The position numbers and the translations under genes are program-made. A DNA stretch of 64,000 bases from an uncultured Nitrospiraceae bacterium (GTDB lineage: Bacteria; Nitrospirota; 9FT-COMBO-42-15; HDB-SIOI813): contig CAZTAM010000002.1 of the NCBI GenBank assembly GCA_964611625.1, positions 89,168 through 153,167 of the forward strand. The letters run 5' to 3'. Numbering within the stretch: position 1 is the first letter of the stretch; each line of letters begins with the position of its first letter. Below are positions 54,960 to 64,000 of this stretch, one piece after another. A model generated the notes under the pieces. That model saw nothing but the letters and a program-made list of their open reading frames with translations, searched no databases and was not told where the DNA came from.

Positions 54960-55969
54960 CCAACCATCTCATCACTTCCCTTACCTCCTATAACTATTTT
55001 CCCCTCTTCCTCTAACCTTTTAGCCACTTTTAAAATTGCCTGCTGTGACTTCTCTATCTCGCTGACCCTGACAGGCCCCTTTGCCTCCATATCCTCCTGT
55101 AGTCCCTGCGCAGCCCTCTCTGACATATTCTTAAAGAACTTTGCCTTCATTTCATCTCCTGCGCCTTTGAGTGACATCATCAGGTCTTCTTTACTTACCT
55201 CTTTCATAATCTCCTGCATACCTCTGTCGTCTATGTTCATAATGTCTTCAAATACAAACATCATCTTACGTATCTTTTCCGCAAGCTCAGGATGGTTTTG
55301 TTCAATACTGCTCATAATCGCCGACTCATTACTCCTGTCAAGACTGTTAAGAATTTGCGCAACCACATCCGGTCCGCCTATCTTTTTTTCAACGATATTT
55401 CCGCCCATCTGGAGTTCTTTATTAAGAACCTCTTCAATCTCGCGTATGACTCCCGGCGAAACCCCTTCAATGGTTGCAATTCTCAACATCACATCACTTC
55501 TGACGGCAGCCGGCAATAAAGCCACTACCTGACTTGCGTGATCAGCATCCAGGTGAGCAAGTATAAGGGCAATGGTCTGAGGATGTTCAGACTTGATAAG
55601 GTTTGCAATACCGCGGGGGTCTATCCATTTTAATGATTCAAGGCCCCTGTCTTCAGATGTTATAGCGAGGTTTTCCATTACCTTACCGGCCTTTTCAGAA
55701 CCCATAGCCTTAGTTAGAACCGAGCGCACGTAGTCCTCACCTCCAAAGATGAAACTGTCCGGAGATGTAGCGATATCATGAAATTCCTTTACCACCGTCT
55801 TTACCTTCTCAGGCTCTATCTTGCTTGCCTTGGAAAGATAGCTCCCAATTACACGGATCTCTTTTGCATCAAGATTTTTCATGATCTCAGACGCCACATC
55901 CTCACCCAGGGTCAGAAGGAGTATTGCCGCCTTTTCATAACCATTATTCTGATTCTCCGTTATACCCAT
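54956..55969 (-). CDS. fliG: Flagellar motor switch/rotor protein FliG
   Basis: ..GYEKAAILLLTLGEDVASEIMKNL.. and the C-terminal torque helix region ..RAAQGLQEDMEAKGPVRVSEIEKSQQAILKVAKRLEEEGKI. Confidence 0.9.
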   Translation of the reverse strand: MGITENQNNGYEKAAILLLTLGEDVASEIMKNLDAKEIRVIGSYLSKASKIEPEKVKTVVKEFHDIATSPDSFIFGGEDYVRSVLTKAMGSEKAGKVMENLAITSEDRGLESLKWIDPRGIANLIKSEHPQTIALILAHLDADHASQVVALLPAAVRSDVMLRIATIEGVSPGVIREIEEVLNKELQMGGNIVEKKIGGPDVVAQILNSLDRSNESAIMSSIEQNHPELAEKIRKMMFVFEDIMNIDDRGMQEIMKEVSKEDLMMSLKGAGDEMKAKFFKNMSERAAQGLQEDMEAKGPVRVSEIEKSQQAILKVAKRLEEEGKIVIGGKGSDEMVG

Positions 55970-56030
55970 ATTCTCTCCTCATGCAATTAGTCTATGTAGT
56001 CCAGCTGTTCACAAGTTATGCCGTATTCAC

Positions 56031-57650
56031 TCACTTTTCACTAATCCATGATTTAATCAGTTTTGCCGTCTGCTGTGGATTTTCCCTGGCAATCTTTAAC
56101 ACCTCATTCCTGGTCCTGGCCTCGGTATCCATTTGACGAGGCGACTGTCTGCCGGCATCTTCAAACTCTCCCGCCCCTGATGATAAGACCCCTCCCAAAC
56201 CTCCGGGTAAAGAGGCAATCTGCGGGCTGGGCGCAAGTATAGTCTTCATAAGCGGCTTGACAATTATGAGAAATACAAGGGCTGCCACGATTAATGCCAC
56301 TGCATATTTGATGAATGGCATGACTGAGGCTATCTGAAACTTATCTTCAGTCACAGCTGCCTCTTCTTCAGCGAATGCTGATGACTCAAATAGTATGCTG
56401 AGGACTTCAACCTGGTCTCCCCTTTCTTCATTATAGCCAATCGCTTTTTTTACTATCTCCGTATATTTGCCTATCTCTTCAGCTGAACGAGGGACATATT
56501 TTCTGGTTTCCTTGCCGTCAGCTCCCTTTTCGACCTCATAATTTCCATCTATGAGTATCGCGGCCGACAACCTTTTTATCGTCCCTGCAGCCTCAACTAT
56601 ATGGCTGACCGTCTTATTAATTTCATAGTTAATAGTCTCCTGTGCCCTTTTATTTTGAGAAGAGGCACCGGACTTTTCACCTGATGCCTGCAAATTCTCG
56701 TTTTTGGCTGACGGAAGGTTCGACACTACACCAGGGACACCTGAAGCACTGCCTGAGGATCCGGAAGAATTTTCCTGAACCCTTTGTTCACTCCTGACTG
56801 CGACGGTGTCCGGATCATATTTCTCCTCCGTAGTCTCTACCTGTTTGAAGTCAAGTGTGCTGGAAATACGTACAGAGACTTTCCCGGAGCCTACTGCCTT
56901 TTCAAGCATGCTCTGTACCCTTTCCTCCATCGTTTTTTCAAGGTTTCTCTGATATTCAATCTGATAAGTGGAAAGATTTGCAGCATACCCGTCATCAGAC
57001 GGTTTTGATAAAATATTTCCACGTGTGTCAACAACTGATATGTTCTGGGAACTCAGGCCTTCAACACTGCTGGCAACAAGATGTACGATACCATGAACCT
57101 GATGCTGGGACAGTGTCCTTCCACCCCTGATCTTCAACACAACAGATGCGCGTGCAGACTCTTTTTTCTCAGAAAAGAGTGCCCTTTCAGGAACAACCAA
57201 ATGAACCCTGGCCTGCTCTACTTCCGTAAGCTGACTGATGGTCCTGGCCAGCTCTCCCTGCAGCGCCCTCTTATAATTCAGCTTCTGAACAAAGTCCGTC
57301 ATGCCAATGCTTGTCCTGTCAAATATCTCAAAACCAACACCTCCTCCGGAAGGTATCCCCTCTCCTGCCATAAGCAGTCTGAGTTCATGCACCTTTTCCT
57401 GCGGGACCATTACTGCATTTCCATTCTGCAACTCGTACGGAACTTTCATCTCCTTCAATTTCTCTGTAATCATCCCGGCATCTTCAGGAGACAAATTTGC
57501 AAACAGCAGGTGATAAACAGGCTGATTGGCCCACAACACAACTGCTATGACAACTGCTATCATAGCTGCAACTCCGGCAACAGCCATTATCTTCTGGCCA
57601 ATAGGTATCGCTGCTAATTTGCTCTGAAACTCGGATGGATTGATCGCCAT
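56031..57650 (-). CDS. fliF: MS-ring protein FliF
   Basis: 539 aa. TM at about residue 25, then ..FANLSPEDAGMITEKLKEMKVPYEL.. (FliF/YscJ family), and a second TM near the C-terminus. Confidence 0.92.
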   Translation of the reverse strand: MAINPSEFQSKLAAIPIGQKIMAVAGVAAMIAVVIAVVLWANQPVYHLLFANLSPEDAGMITEKLKEMKVPYELQNGNAVMVPQEKVHELRLLMAGEGIPSGGGVGFEIFDRTSIGMTDFVQKLNYKRALQGELARTISQLTEVEQARVHLVVPERALFSEKKESARASVVLKIRGGRTLSQHQVHGIVHLVASSVEGLSSQNISVVDTRGNILSKPSDDGYAANLSTYQIEYQRNLEKTMEERVQSMLEKAVGSGKVSVRISSTLDFKQVETTEEKYDPDTVAVRSEQRVQENSSGSSGSASGVPGVVSNLPSAKNENLQASGEKSGASSQNKRAQETINYEINKTVSHIVEAAGTIKRLSAAILIDGNYEVEKGADGKETRKYVPRSAEEIGKYTEIVKKAIGYNEERGDQVEVLSILFESSAFAEEEAAVTEDKFQIASVMPFIKYAVALIVAALVFLIIVKPLMKTILAPSPQIASLPGGLGGVLSSGAGEFEDAGRQSPRQMDTEARTRNEVLKIARENPQQTAKLIKSWISEK

Positions 57651-57739
57651 AATATTCTATTACCGTCCTCTCTTCTATTTGGTAAAAAAAGGGCTGCATT
57701 TACTCCGTAGCAATGGGTACCCAGGCTTTTCAGCTTCAA

Positions 57740-58045
57740 CTACACTTGAGTTCTCATTATTTCTTCATACGCACTCATAAGTTTATTTCTGACCTGCATC
57801 ATTAAATGAAGTGACAGATTTGCCTTCTCAACAGCTATCATCACCTGATGAATATTCTGATCTTTGCCGATCAATAAATCCTGTACTGCCTGATCAGCCT
57901 CTTTCTGCATGGTATTAACCTTGTCTACAGACCCCTTAAGCATCTCAGCAAAAGAATTCCCGTCATCATTTTTTTTTGTAACAGACTTACTTTCCAGTAT
58001 CGACTGGATATCTGTCCCAATACCTTTTATCCCCATACTATTCAT
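57740..58045 (-). CDS. fliE: Flagellar hook-basal body protein FliE
   Basis: 101 aa. ..FAEMLKGSVDKVNTMQKEADQAVQDLLIGK..HQVMIAVEKANLSLHLMMQVRNKL is the FliE signature. Confidence 0.85.
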   Translation of the reverse strand: MNSMGIKGIGTDIQSILESKSVTKKNDDGNSFAEMLKGSVDKVNTMQKEADQAVQDLLIGKDQNIHQVMIAVEKANLSLHLMMQVRNKLMSAYEEIMRTQV

Positions 58046-58065
58046 GCTTCACCATACCCCTCTTA

Positions 58066-58476
58066 TTACCTGCCAATTTCAAGTGCTTTCTGGGCCATAG
58101 ACTTAGCAGAGTTCACTGCAGTAACGTTGGCCTCGTATGCCCTTGATGCTGACATCATGTTCACCATCTCTTCAAGCAAATTAACATTTGGCAGCTGCAA
58201 ATATCCTTCATCATTGGCGTCAGGATGCTGCGGATCAAAGACCACCTGGAACGGCCTCTTGTCCTCCACTATCTCCTTCACTTCAACCCCGCTTGCATTC
58301 TTATCAATAGCATTACCGAGAACTTCAGAAAACACTACATCCTTCCTTCTGTACGGACCACCGTCAGGAGTCTGTGTAGATTGTGCATTTGCAAGATTAC
58401 TGGCGATAATATTCATCCTTACTCTCTGGGCCTCAAGACCAGATGCACTGATTGAAAGTATATTCCCTATATCCAT
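58066..58476 (-). CDS. flgC: Proximal rod protein FlgC
   Basis: MDIGNILSISASGLEAQRVRMNIIASNLANAQST. The C-terminus is ..ASRAYEANVTAVNSAKSMAQKALEI. Confidence 0.9.
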   Translation of the reverse strand: MDIGNILSISASGLEAQRVRMNIIASNLANAQSTQTPDGGPYRRKDVVFSEVLGNAIDKNASGVEVKEIVEDKRPFQVVFDPQHPDANDEGYLQLPNVNLLEEMVNMMSASRAYEANVTAVNSAKSMAQKALEIGR

Positions 58477-58536
58477 AACATTGCCCTCCTTAATATTTCT
58501 TACACCTTATTTTCTGTAATCTTTAAAAGGCATCAG

Positions 58537-58941
58537 CTAACGTCCTTCTCTTATAGCATTCGCTATCATTCTGAACTTCGCTGAAATAACCTGTGCCGAT
58601 GCATTGTATAATATTGAGTTCTGTGCCATGTTGGCCATTTCAAGCTCGACATTCACGCTATTGTTATCATAACCTGAGTTGCTCTCCGGACGATTAGTTA
58701 TACTTGCTCTGCTGCCGTTTAAACCGGTATTGCCGCTTAGATGCATGGGATTTGTCTTTTTAATATTCTGTACCCCGCCGGTTTTTTGCACAGCCCGGAG
58801 TTCATCAATAAAATTAATATCCCTGGCCTTATAGTCAGGTGTATCCTGGTTGGCAATGTTAGACGAGAGGAGTTTATGTCTCTCACTCATCATGTCGAGC
58901 GCCTTTGACAGGAATGAAATAGTATTATCAAATATAGACAT
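58537..58941 (-). CDS. flgB: Proximal rod protein FlgB
   Basis: ..SERHKLLSSNIANQDTPDYKARDINF is the FlgB signature. The start is set at the internal ATG (MSIFDN) at 58941, which gives an N-terminal length matching E. coli FlgB; the ORF-track start at 58953 is 4 codons longer. Confidence 0.85.
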   Translation of the reverse strand: MSIFDNTISFLSKALDMMSERHKLLSSNIANQDTPDYKARDINFIDELRAVQKTGGVQNIKKTNPMHLSGNTGLNGSRASITNRPESNSGYDNNSVNVELEMANMAQNSILYNASAQVISAKFRMIANAIREGR

Positions 58942-59170
58942 AGTCATTACCATGAAACACAGAATGCAAACGATATACCATTAGCGGCACTATTAGTTTG
59001 GGCTGATTAATCAATGAGTTATACATGATCCCCTGTCTTCCGGCTTCATTATTATTTTTATGTTAAGCATTTATTTGCCTCCCGTACAGGCAATTTCTGC
59101 CACATGCGGAACTGTAAAATCGAGACACTGCCTTATGCCTGCTAAAATATGGAATTGCCTGTTTGAACGA

Positions 59171-60523
59171 TTAGAAAATAATTCCTTCCTCCCGATATTC
59201 GCTCAACTTGTTCCTGAGGGTACGGACACCTATGTTCAGGAGCTTTGCAGCCTTTGTCCTGTTCCAGTTAACCTCTTCCAGCGTCTTTAAAATGAGGGCC
59301 GTTTCCATTTCCCTTACTGACATTCCTGCAGATATGGAAGCTGGAGTAGTCTGGAGATCACTGCGGTCATCAATCATCAAATGACCAGGCTGCAGTGTAT
59401 CGCCTTCTGCTATAAGGACTGCCCGTTCTATTATATTTTCAAGTTCTCTTATGTTCCCCTTCCAGTCATTATGTATCAATACATCATATGCCTCTGCGGA
59501 AATCTTCGTCACCATAACCTTATTCCCGCGTAATCTCTTATCCTGATGTTTCTTTATGAAGTGATTTGCAAGTTCAGGGATATCAACTCTTCTGTCTCTA
59601 AGTGGAGGAAGCACCATGGGAAATACATTAAGCCTGTAATATAGGTCTTCCCTGAATCTGCCTTCTTCTACCTCCCTTTTCAGAGATCTGTTTGTCGTGG
59701 CTATAACCCGGATGTCAATTAGAACAGGCTCCCTCCCTCCGATTGTATCAACCTGCCTCTCCTGCAGGACCCGCAGCAGTTTCGCCTGAAGCGGGAGGCT
59801 CATTTCACCAACCTCATCAAGAAGGATAGTGCCTGTGTTAGCCTGTATAAATCTGCCATTTCGTTTACTAATAGCGCCTGTAAAAGCCCCCTTTTCATGA
59901 CCGAATAATTCGCTTTCAAGAAGGCCGTCAGGTATTGCCGCACAATTTATCGCAACAAAGGGGCTCTCTGCCCTGTAACTCCTGTTATGAATAAATCTGG
60001 CAAGCATCTCCTTACCTGTGCCGCTTTCACCCTCTATCAGCACAGTGACATCACTAAAGGCTATCTCTTCCGCCGTCTTTAATAACCTGAGCATCCCGGG
60101 GTCTATTGTTACTATACCTGCCGGATGTCCTTCTGAAGATGCTGATTTATTTTCTGTACGGGCTGACTCAATGCCGCGACTTACTAAATCCTCAAGCGCA
60201 TCTACAGAGAAAGGTTTCATAATATAGTCAAATGCGCCCAGCTTCATTGCTTCAACAGCATTATCAATAGTACCGTATGCTGTAATCAGCACGACAGGAA
60301 CATCCGGTGAACGTTTCTTTATCTCCTTCAGCACATGGACTCCATCACCATTTGCCATTCTTACATCAGTGATGACCATATCAAACTTTCCAGATGTGAA
60401 TTTGCTTATTGCCTCATCTCCGCTGACAGCTATGTCTACGGTATATCCGCATCTTCTGAGTGTTTCGCTCATGGCAAATCGCATCTCATAGTCATCATCC
60501 GTAAGAAGAATCTTCCGCCCCAT
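59171..60523 (-). CDS. Sigma-54-dependent response regulator (FleR/FlrC-like; REC + AAA+ + Fis-HTH)
   Basis: REC (ILLTDDDYEMRF..D..), AAA+ (..LIEGESGTGKEMLARFIH.. and GAFTGA), and C-terminal ..RTKAAKLLNIGVRTLRNKL. Confidence 0.9.
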   Translation of the reverse strand: MGRKILLTDDDYEMRFAMSETLRRCGYTVDIAVSGDEAISKFTSGKFDMVITDVRMANGDGVHVLKEIKKRSPDVPVVLITAYGTIDNAVEAMKLGAFDYIMKPFSVDALEDLVSRGIESARTENKSASSEGHPAGIVTIDPGMLRLLKTAEEIAFSDVTVLIEGESGTGKEMLARFIHNRSYRAESPFVAINCAAIPDGLLESELFGHEKGAFTGAISKRNGRFIQANTGTILLDEVGEMSLPLQAKLLRVLQERQVDTIGGREPVLIDIRVIATTNRSLKREVEEGRFREDLYYRLNVFPMVLPPLRDRRVDIPELANHFIKKHQDKRLRGNKVMVTKISAEAYDVLIHNDWKGNIRELENIIERAVLIAEGDTLQPGHLMIDDRSDLQTTPASISAGMSVREMETALILKTLEEVNWNRTKAAKLLNIGVRTLRNKLSEYREEGIIF

Positions 60524-61293
60524 TACTCTCCCCCCTCTGAAGGAACATTTATTATGAAGAAGCTGCCATCGCCTGGTTTGCTATACGCTTTAATTGTCCA
60601 CTTATGAGCACTGATGATATTGTGTACTATAGTAAGACCCAATCCGGTTCCTTTTTCCTTTGTTGTAAAAAACGGATCGAATATTTTCTCCATGTCTTCA
60701 GAGACTATACCGGAGCCGGTATCCTGTACTGATATTTCAATACCATCATCCACACCAGGTAACACTTCGACAGTAAGACTGCCATCATCCGTCATTGCCT
60801 GAAGTGAATTCAAAAACAGATTAAGAAATACCTGCCTTAGCAAAGTCTTATCACAGTTTATATGCAGATTATCAGGAAAGACTTTTATTACACTGATATT
60901 TTTTTTATTTATCAGATACGATACATCTTCGAAACTGTTGTTAATTATTGTCCCTATATTCTCCTGTTCAAACCTAGGTTTTGGAAACTTAGTAAAATGC
61001 AGCAGGTTTGACAGTACTGTATCAATATTCCTGACACCATAGATAATATGGCCTAACAATTCGTATTTATCATGATCTGCAGCCAGCTCTTTCCTCAATA
61101 AAGATGAAATGAGTTCTATGCTTCCCAAAGGATTTCTTATATCGTGTACTATTTTTGTCACCATCCATCCCATAGCCTGGAGGCGGACATCCCGTTCATG
61201 CGTTTCTTTGTCACATATATCCTGCGATATCTCTGATACAATCGTCTCAAACCTTTTATCTGTCTGTTCAGTTTTTGATAATTTCATTGTCAT
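60523..61293 (-). CDS. Cytoplasmic histidine kinase (FleS/FlrB-like) partner of the sigma-54 regulator
   Basis: HisKA (..IVHDIRNPLGSIELISSLL) and HATPase (..ISVQDTGSGIVSEDMEKIFDPFFTTKEKGTGLGLTIV). No TM segment. It overlaps the downstream regulator start by 1 nt. Confidence 0.8.
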   Translation of the reverse strand: MTMKLSKTEQTDKRFETIVSEISQDICDKETHERDVRLQAMGWMVTKIVHDIRNPLGSIELISSLLRKELAADHDKYELLGHIIYGVRNIDTVLSNLLHFTKFPKPRFEQENIGTIINNSFEDVSYLINKKNISVIKVFPDNLHINCDKTLLRQVFLNLFLNSLQAMTDDGSLTVEVLPGVDDGIEISVQDTGSGIVSEDMEKIFDPFFTTKEKGTGLGLTIVHNIISAHKWTIKAYSKPGDGSFFIINVPSEGGE

Positions 61294-61338
61294 TAATTTA
61301 TCATCCTGCCTGTTTGTATCTGAATGCTTTACAGTTAA

Positions 61339-63378
61339 CTACATTGTCAAATCATCTTCCTCAAAGGCAATGTCCTTTAATCTCTCTTCTGAAACCTGTT
61401 TAATGAGTTTATTAGTACCGGCAGACAACCTTGAAAACACCTTCTTTGCCTCCTCTGCCTTGCCTATTCTAAGAAGACAATCACCTATCATGAACTCTAC
61501 TGTATCAACTCCTTCCTTAACACCCGAACCTTTAAGTCCTGCACTGTAAGAGTCCATAGCCTCTTTATACCGCTGCATACTATAGTAGGCATTGCCAAGC
61601 AGGATATATCCGTTTGATAATATGTCAAAATCATTTTGTTTTTTCATTCCTCCAATCATATCTATGAGGACTGCGATACTGTCCTCATACTGCTTTCTTT
61701 CCTGGAGAATGGTCGCAAGTTTGATATAGACCTCCGGATAACTGTACGGGGCATCTCTCATAACTGAATATAAGTGATTGCTTGCCTTTTCATACTCCTT
61801 AACGTTATAAAACCCGTAACCGGCGAGTGCCCTTGCCTCCGTAACCCTGCGGCTTTTTGGATACTCCGATATAAACCGACTCAGGGCAGCAATTGCCTTT
61901 CTGTCTTCTCCGGACCTGGAATAAAGATTTCCGGAATTAAACAGCGCCTGCTCTCTTCTGCTGCCATCCCTTTCAATAATAACGTCATATATCATATGGG
62001 CATTATTATAAAGATGGAGTTTTTCATGCATTACCGCTATTTCCATAAGGAGTTCTTCATCCTTTACATGCATGAGGTTATTTTTGTAGTACGACTGGTA
62101 TAGCTTCAGGACACCGACGTTATCTCCCTTGTAAAGCCTCTCTCTGATTTGTGTCCCTATCCTGCTGATGGCGTTATTGAGGGCCTCGGATGCCTCACTG
62201 CTCAGTGACTTATCAGGATGCCCGGAAAATTCAGAATAGACTTTTAATGCATGCTGGAATTTTCCGTTCTCTTCCAGGACTCTGGCTGTCTTAAACCGGG
62301 CCATGTCAATCATCATATCATTGCCGGACAGAGTTAAAACATCATTATAATATTTAAGGGAATCCTTATTAAATGTATCCGCGGATTTATTGTGAAACTT
62401 CAGATCGCCAAGGGCCAGCATACTTGCAAACGCTTCATCGCTGTCAGGGAAATAACTGACGACATCAAGTAATATCTTTTCAGCTACAGGAATATTACGT
62501 GCGAGGGCAAAGGTCTCTCCTGCCCTTTTGAGAGCAAATCCGGCATGCTTATCTTCTGGATAGAGATTGTATAATGTTAAAAAACCTGCTCTTGCCTTGA
62601 TAATTTCACCATTTTGAAATTGGCATTCACTGTAAACACGCAGAATTTCCGGGTTACCTTTCACGTAGGCCGGCCATTTCCTGAGTCCTTCATCAAGATA
62701 TTTCTTTGATTCTCCAAACTCATTCATTAAGAAAAGAATCTCTCCTGTCAGAAACACCCTTTCCCTCTCCATTTCCTTGTGGTATTTCAATACAAGCAAA
62801 TTAATGTCTAATAATGCATCGCTATAATTCCCTTTTTTCATATTGGCTTTGGCTAACATGAATTGGCCTGTAACCGCAGTGTCAGTTGATGGGAATTCCT
62901 TTATGATGCGGTTGAAACTTCCCTTAGCCTCGGCAATCATATTAAGATCAAGATAGATCTTGCCCTGCTCAAGAAGAACTGATGAGATCTTCCCTCTTTC
63001 TCTTAAGGAGTCTGCCCGGATGCCAAACTGATATGACCTTAGCCCGCTCATAAGCATCTTTTCATCTTTGTTGTACTCTTTTAAAGCAAGATAGTGATAA
63101 ATACTCCCGGAATAAAGAGATGCAACAGATGCCGCTTCACTATTGGGATGATTACTCTTCAATCGCTCAAACCGGCCCAGTGCAATAGAGTAATTTCCTT
63201 TTTTAAACTCACTTAATGCTTCCTTAAATTCTTCTTCTCCCGTCCCGGTTACACTCTCAGTCCATGAAACAATTAACTTGTCAGAAACGGGAAAGACAGC
63301 GGGTGTCGTATATAGCACAGATGCATATGAATTGCCCGCGCTCACAGCGATAAACAGGATAGCAAGGATAGTACGCAT
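61339..63378 (-). CDS. Large secreted TPR-repeat protein
   Basis: 679 aa with a signal peptide (MRTILAILFIAVSAGNSYASV) and many TPR-like repeats (..YSGSIYHYLALKEYNKDEKM.., ..GNAYYSMQRYKEAMDSY..). Confidence 0.75.
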   Translation of the reverse strand: MRTILAILFIAVSAGNSYASVLYTTPAVFPVSDKLIVSWTESVTGTGEEEFKEALSEFKKGNYSIALGRFERLKSNHPNSEAASVASLYSGSIYHYLALKEYNKDEKMLMSGLRSYQFGIRADSLRERGKISSVLLEQGKIYLDLNMIAEAKGSFNRIIKEFPSTDTAVTGQFMLAKANMKKGNYSDALLDINLLVLKYHKEMERERVFLTGEILFLMNEFGESKKYLDEGLRKWPAYVKGNPEILRVYSECQFQNGEIIKARAGFLTLYNLYPEDKHAGFALKRAGETFALARNIPVAEKILLDVVSYFPDSDEAFASMLALGDLKFHNKSADTFNKDSLKYYNDVLTLSGNDMMIDMARFKTARVLEENGKFQHALKVYSEFSGHPDKSLSSEASEALNNAISRIGTQIRERLYKGDNVGVLKLYQSYYKNNLMHVKDEELLMEIAVMHEKLHLYNNAHMIYDVIIERDGSRREQALFNSGNLYSRSGEDRKAIAALSRFISEYPKSRRVTEARALAGYGFYNVKEYEKASNHLYSVMRDAPYSYPEVYIKLATILQERKQYEDSIAVLIDMIGGMKKQNDFDILSNGYILLGNAYYSMQRYKEAMDSYSAGLKGSGVKEGVDTVEFMIGDCLLRIGKAEEAKKVFSRLSAGTNKLIKQVSEERLKDIAFEEDDLTM

Positions 63379-63558
63379 CAGGAATGGTTATACGCAATAC
63401 GTATGCCAGCAGTACATTGCTTAAAATAATTTATAACTATATGATTTTATGTGTTTTTTATGAAACAGGATATTTGCGCTGCGTCACCGGTTTGTCAATG
63501 ATTTGACAAATCCCGATAACCTTGACGGGAGGCATCTGGGTGGTGTTGCAGATTTCTA

Positions 63559-64000
63559 TCAGGCATTAATATGGAAATCAAGTTTCTTCTTCTTGAGCTT
63601 TTCCACAAGTGTAGTGCGGTTTAAGGAAAGGAGCTGAGCAGCCCTGTTCTTTACACCCTGTGCCTTTTGCAAGGCCTGAAGGATAAGGTTGTTCTCAAAC
63701 TCCTCAACAACGTCCTTCAGATTGACGCCAGTTTCAGGGAGGGTGATATGCAACGCGCCTTCTTTACTGAATGTATGGGAAATAAATTTGTCAGGGAGAT
63801 CTTCAGGGCATATTGTCCCTTCTCCCCTGAGTATAACGAGTCTTTCAACAAGGTTCTCAAGCTCACGTATATTACCGGGCCACGGATATGACATCAGTAT
63901 TTCCATTGCTTCAGGAGTAAATCCTTTTATATTTCTCTTCTTTGACTTATTGAAATAATTTAGAAAGTGATCCATCAGAAGCGGTATATCATCTATACGC
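63559..64000 (-). CDS. Sigma-54-dependent transcriptional activator, C-terminal part (FleQ/FlrA-like candidate); the N-terminus lies beyond the window
   Basis: ..FTPEAMEILMSYPWPGNIRELENLVERLVIL.. is the AAA+ C-terminal portion. ..NRAAQLLSLNRTTLVEKLKK is a Fis-type HTH. The ORF continues past 64000. Confidence 0.8.
   Translation of the reverse strand, partial: RIDDIPLLMDHFLNYFNKSKKRNIKGFTPEAMEILMSYPWPGNIRELENLVERLVILRGEGTICPEDLPDKFISHTFSKEGALHITLPETGVNLKDVVEEFENNLILQALQKAQGVKNRAAQLLSLNRTTLVEKLKKKKLDFHINA

Noticed and set aside
1-64000. Searched for CRISPR arrays, IS elements or transposases, integrases, tRNA/rRNA genes and toxin-antitoxin pairs
   Set aside because: No spaced direct-repeat arrays, no transposase or integrase-like ORFs, and no tRNA-like cloverleaf candidates or rRNA signatures were noticed. 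The window is a contiguous motility locus.

Overview
The window is almost entirely a flagellar/chemotaxis supercluster of a Gram-negative bacterium; both L- and P-ring proteins (FlgH/FlgI) are present. About 95% of it is coded on the minus strand. From high to low coordinates it reads as follows. (1) 64000-58954: the partial 3' end of a sigma-54 activator (FleQ/FlrA-like), a TPR protein, a FleS/FlrB-like kinase and a FleR/FlrC-like NtrC-family regulator. (2) 58941-37428: a core block in Bacillus subtilis fla/che operon order, flgB-flgC-fliE-fliF-fliG-fliH-fliI-fliJ-ylxF-fliK-flgD-flgE-[terminator, sigma-54 promoter]-fliL-fliM-fliN-fliO-fliP-fliQ-fliR-flhB-flhA-flhF-flhG-fliA. (3) 37431-25131: a signalling extension directly after fliA, with a PAS histidine kinase, two REC-HD-GYP proteins, a HEAT-repeat protein, cheR, a REC, cheY, a CheW-CheZ fusion, cheA, cheB, cheW and a small acidic protein. 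(4) 23078-25054 on the plus strand: a Cys-rich MerR-like regulator, motA and motB behind a sigma-28-type promoter. (5) 22703-17748: flgF-flgG-flgA-flgH-flgI-flgJ(rod-binding only)-flgM behind a sigma-54-type promoter. (6) 17744-10167: flgN-flgK-flgL-csrA-fliW-[sigma-28 promoter]-flagellin-flaG-fliD-fliS-fliT-like. (7) 9597-1: a putative flagellin-modification (glycosylation-type) island with three radical-SAM genes, two of them tandem radical-SAM-TPR paralogs, plus a nucleotide-sugar dehydrogenase, a glycosyltransferase and a 926-aa GT/methyltransferase/methyltransferase fusion. No rRNA, tRNA, CRISPR array or mobile element was seen. All domain calls come from motif and sequence recognition by eye; none was checked against a database.
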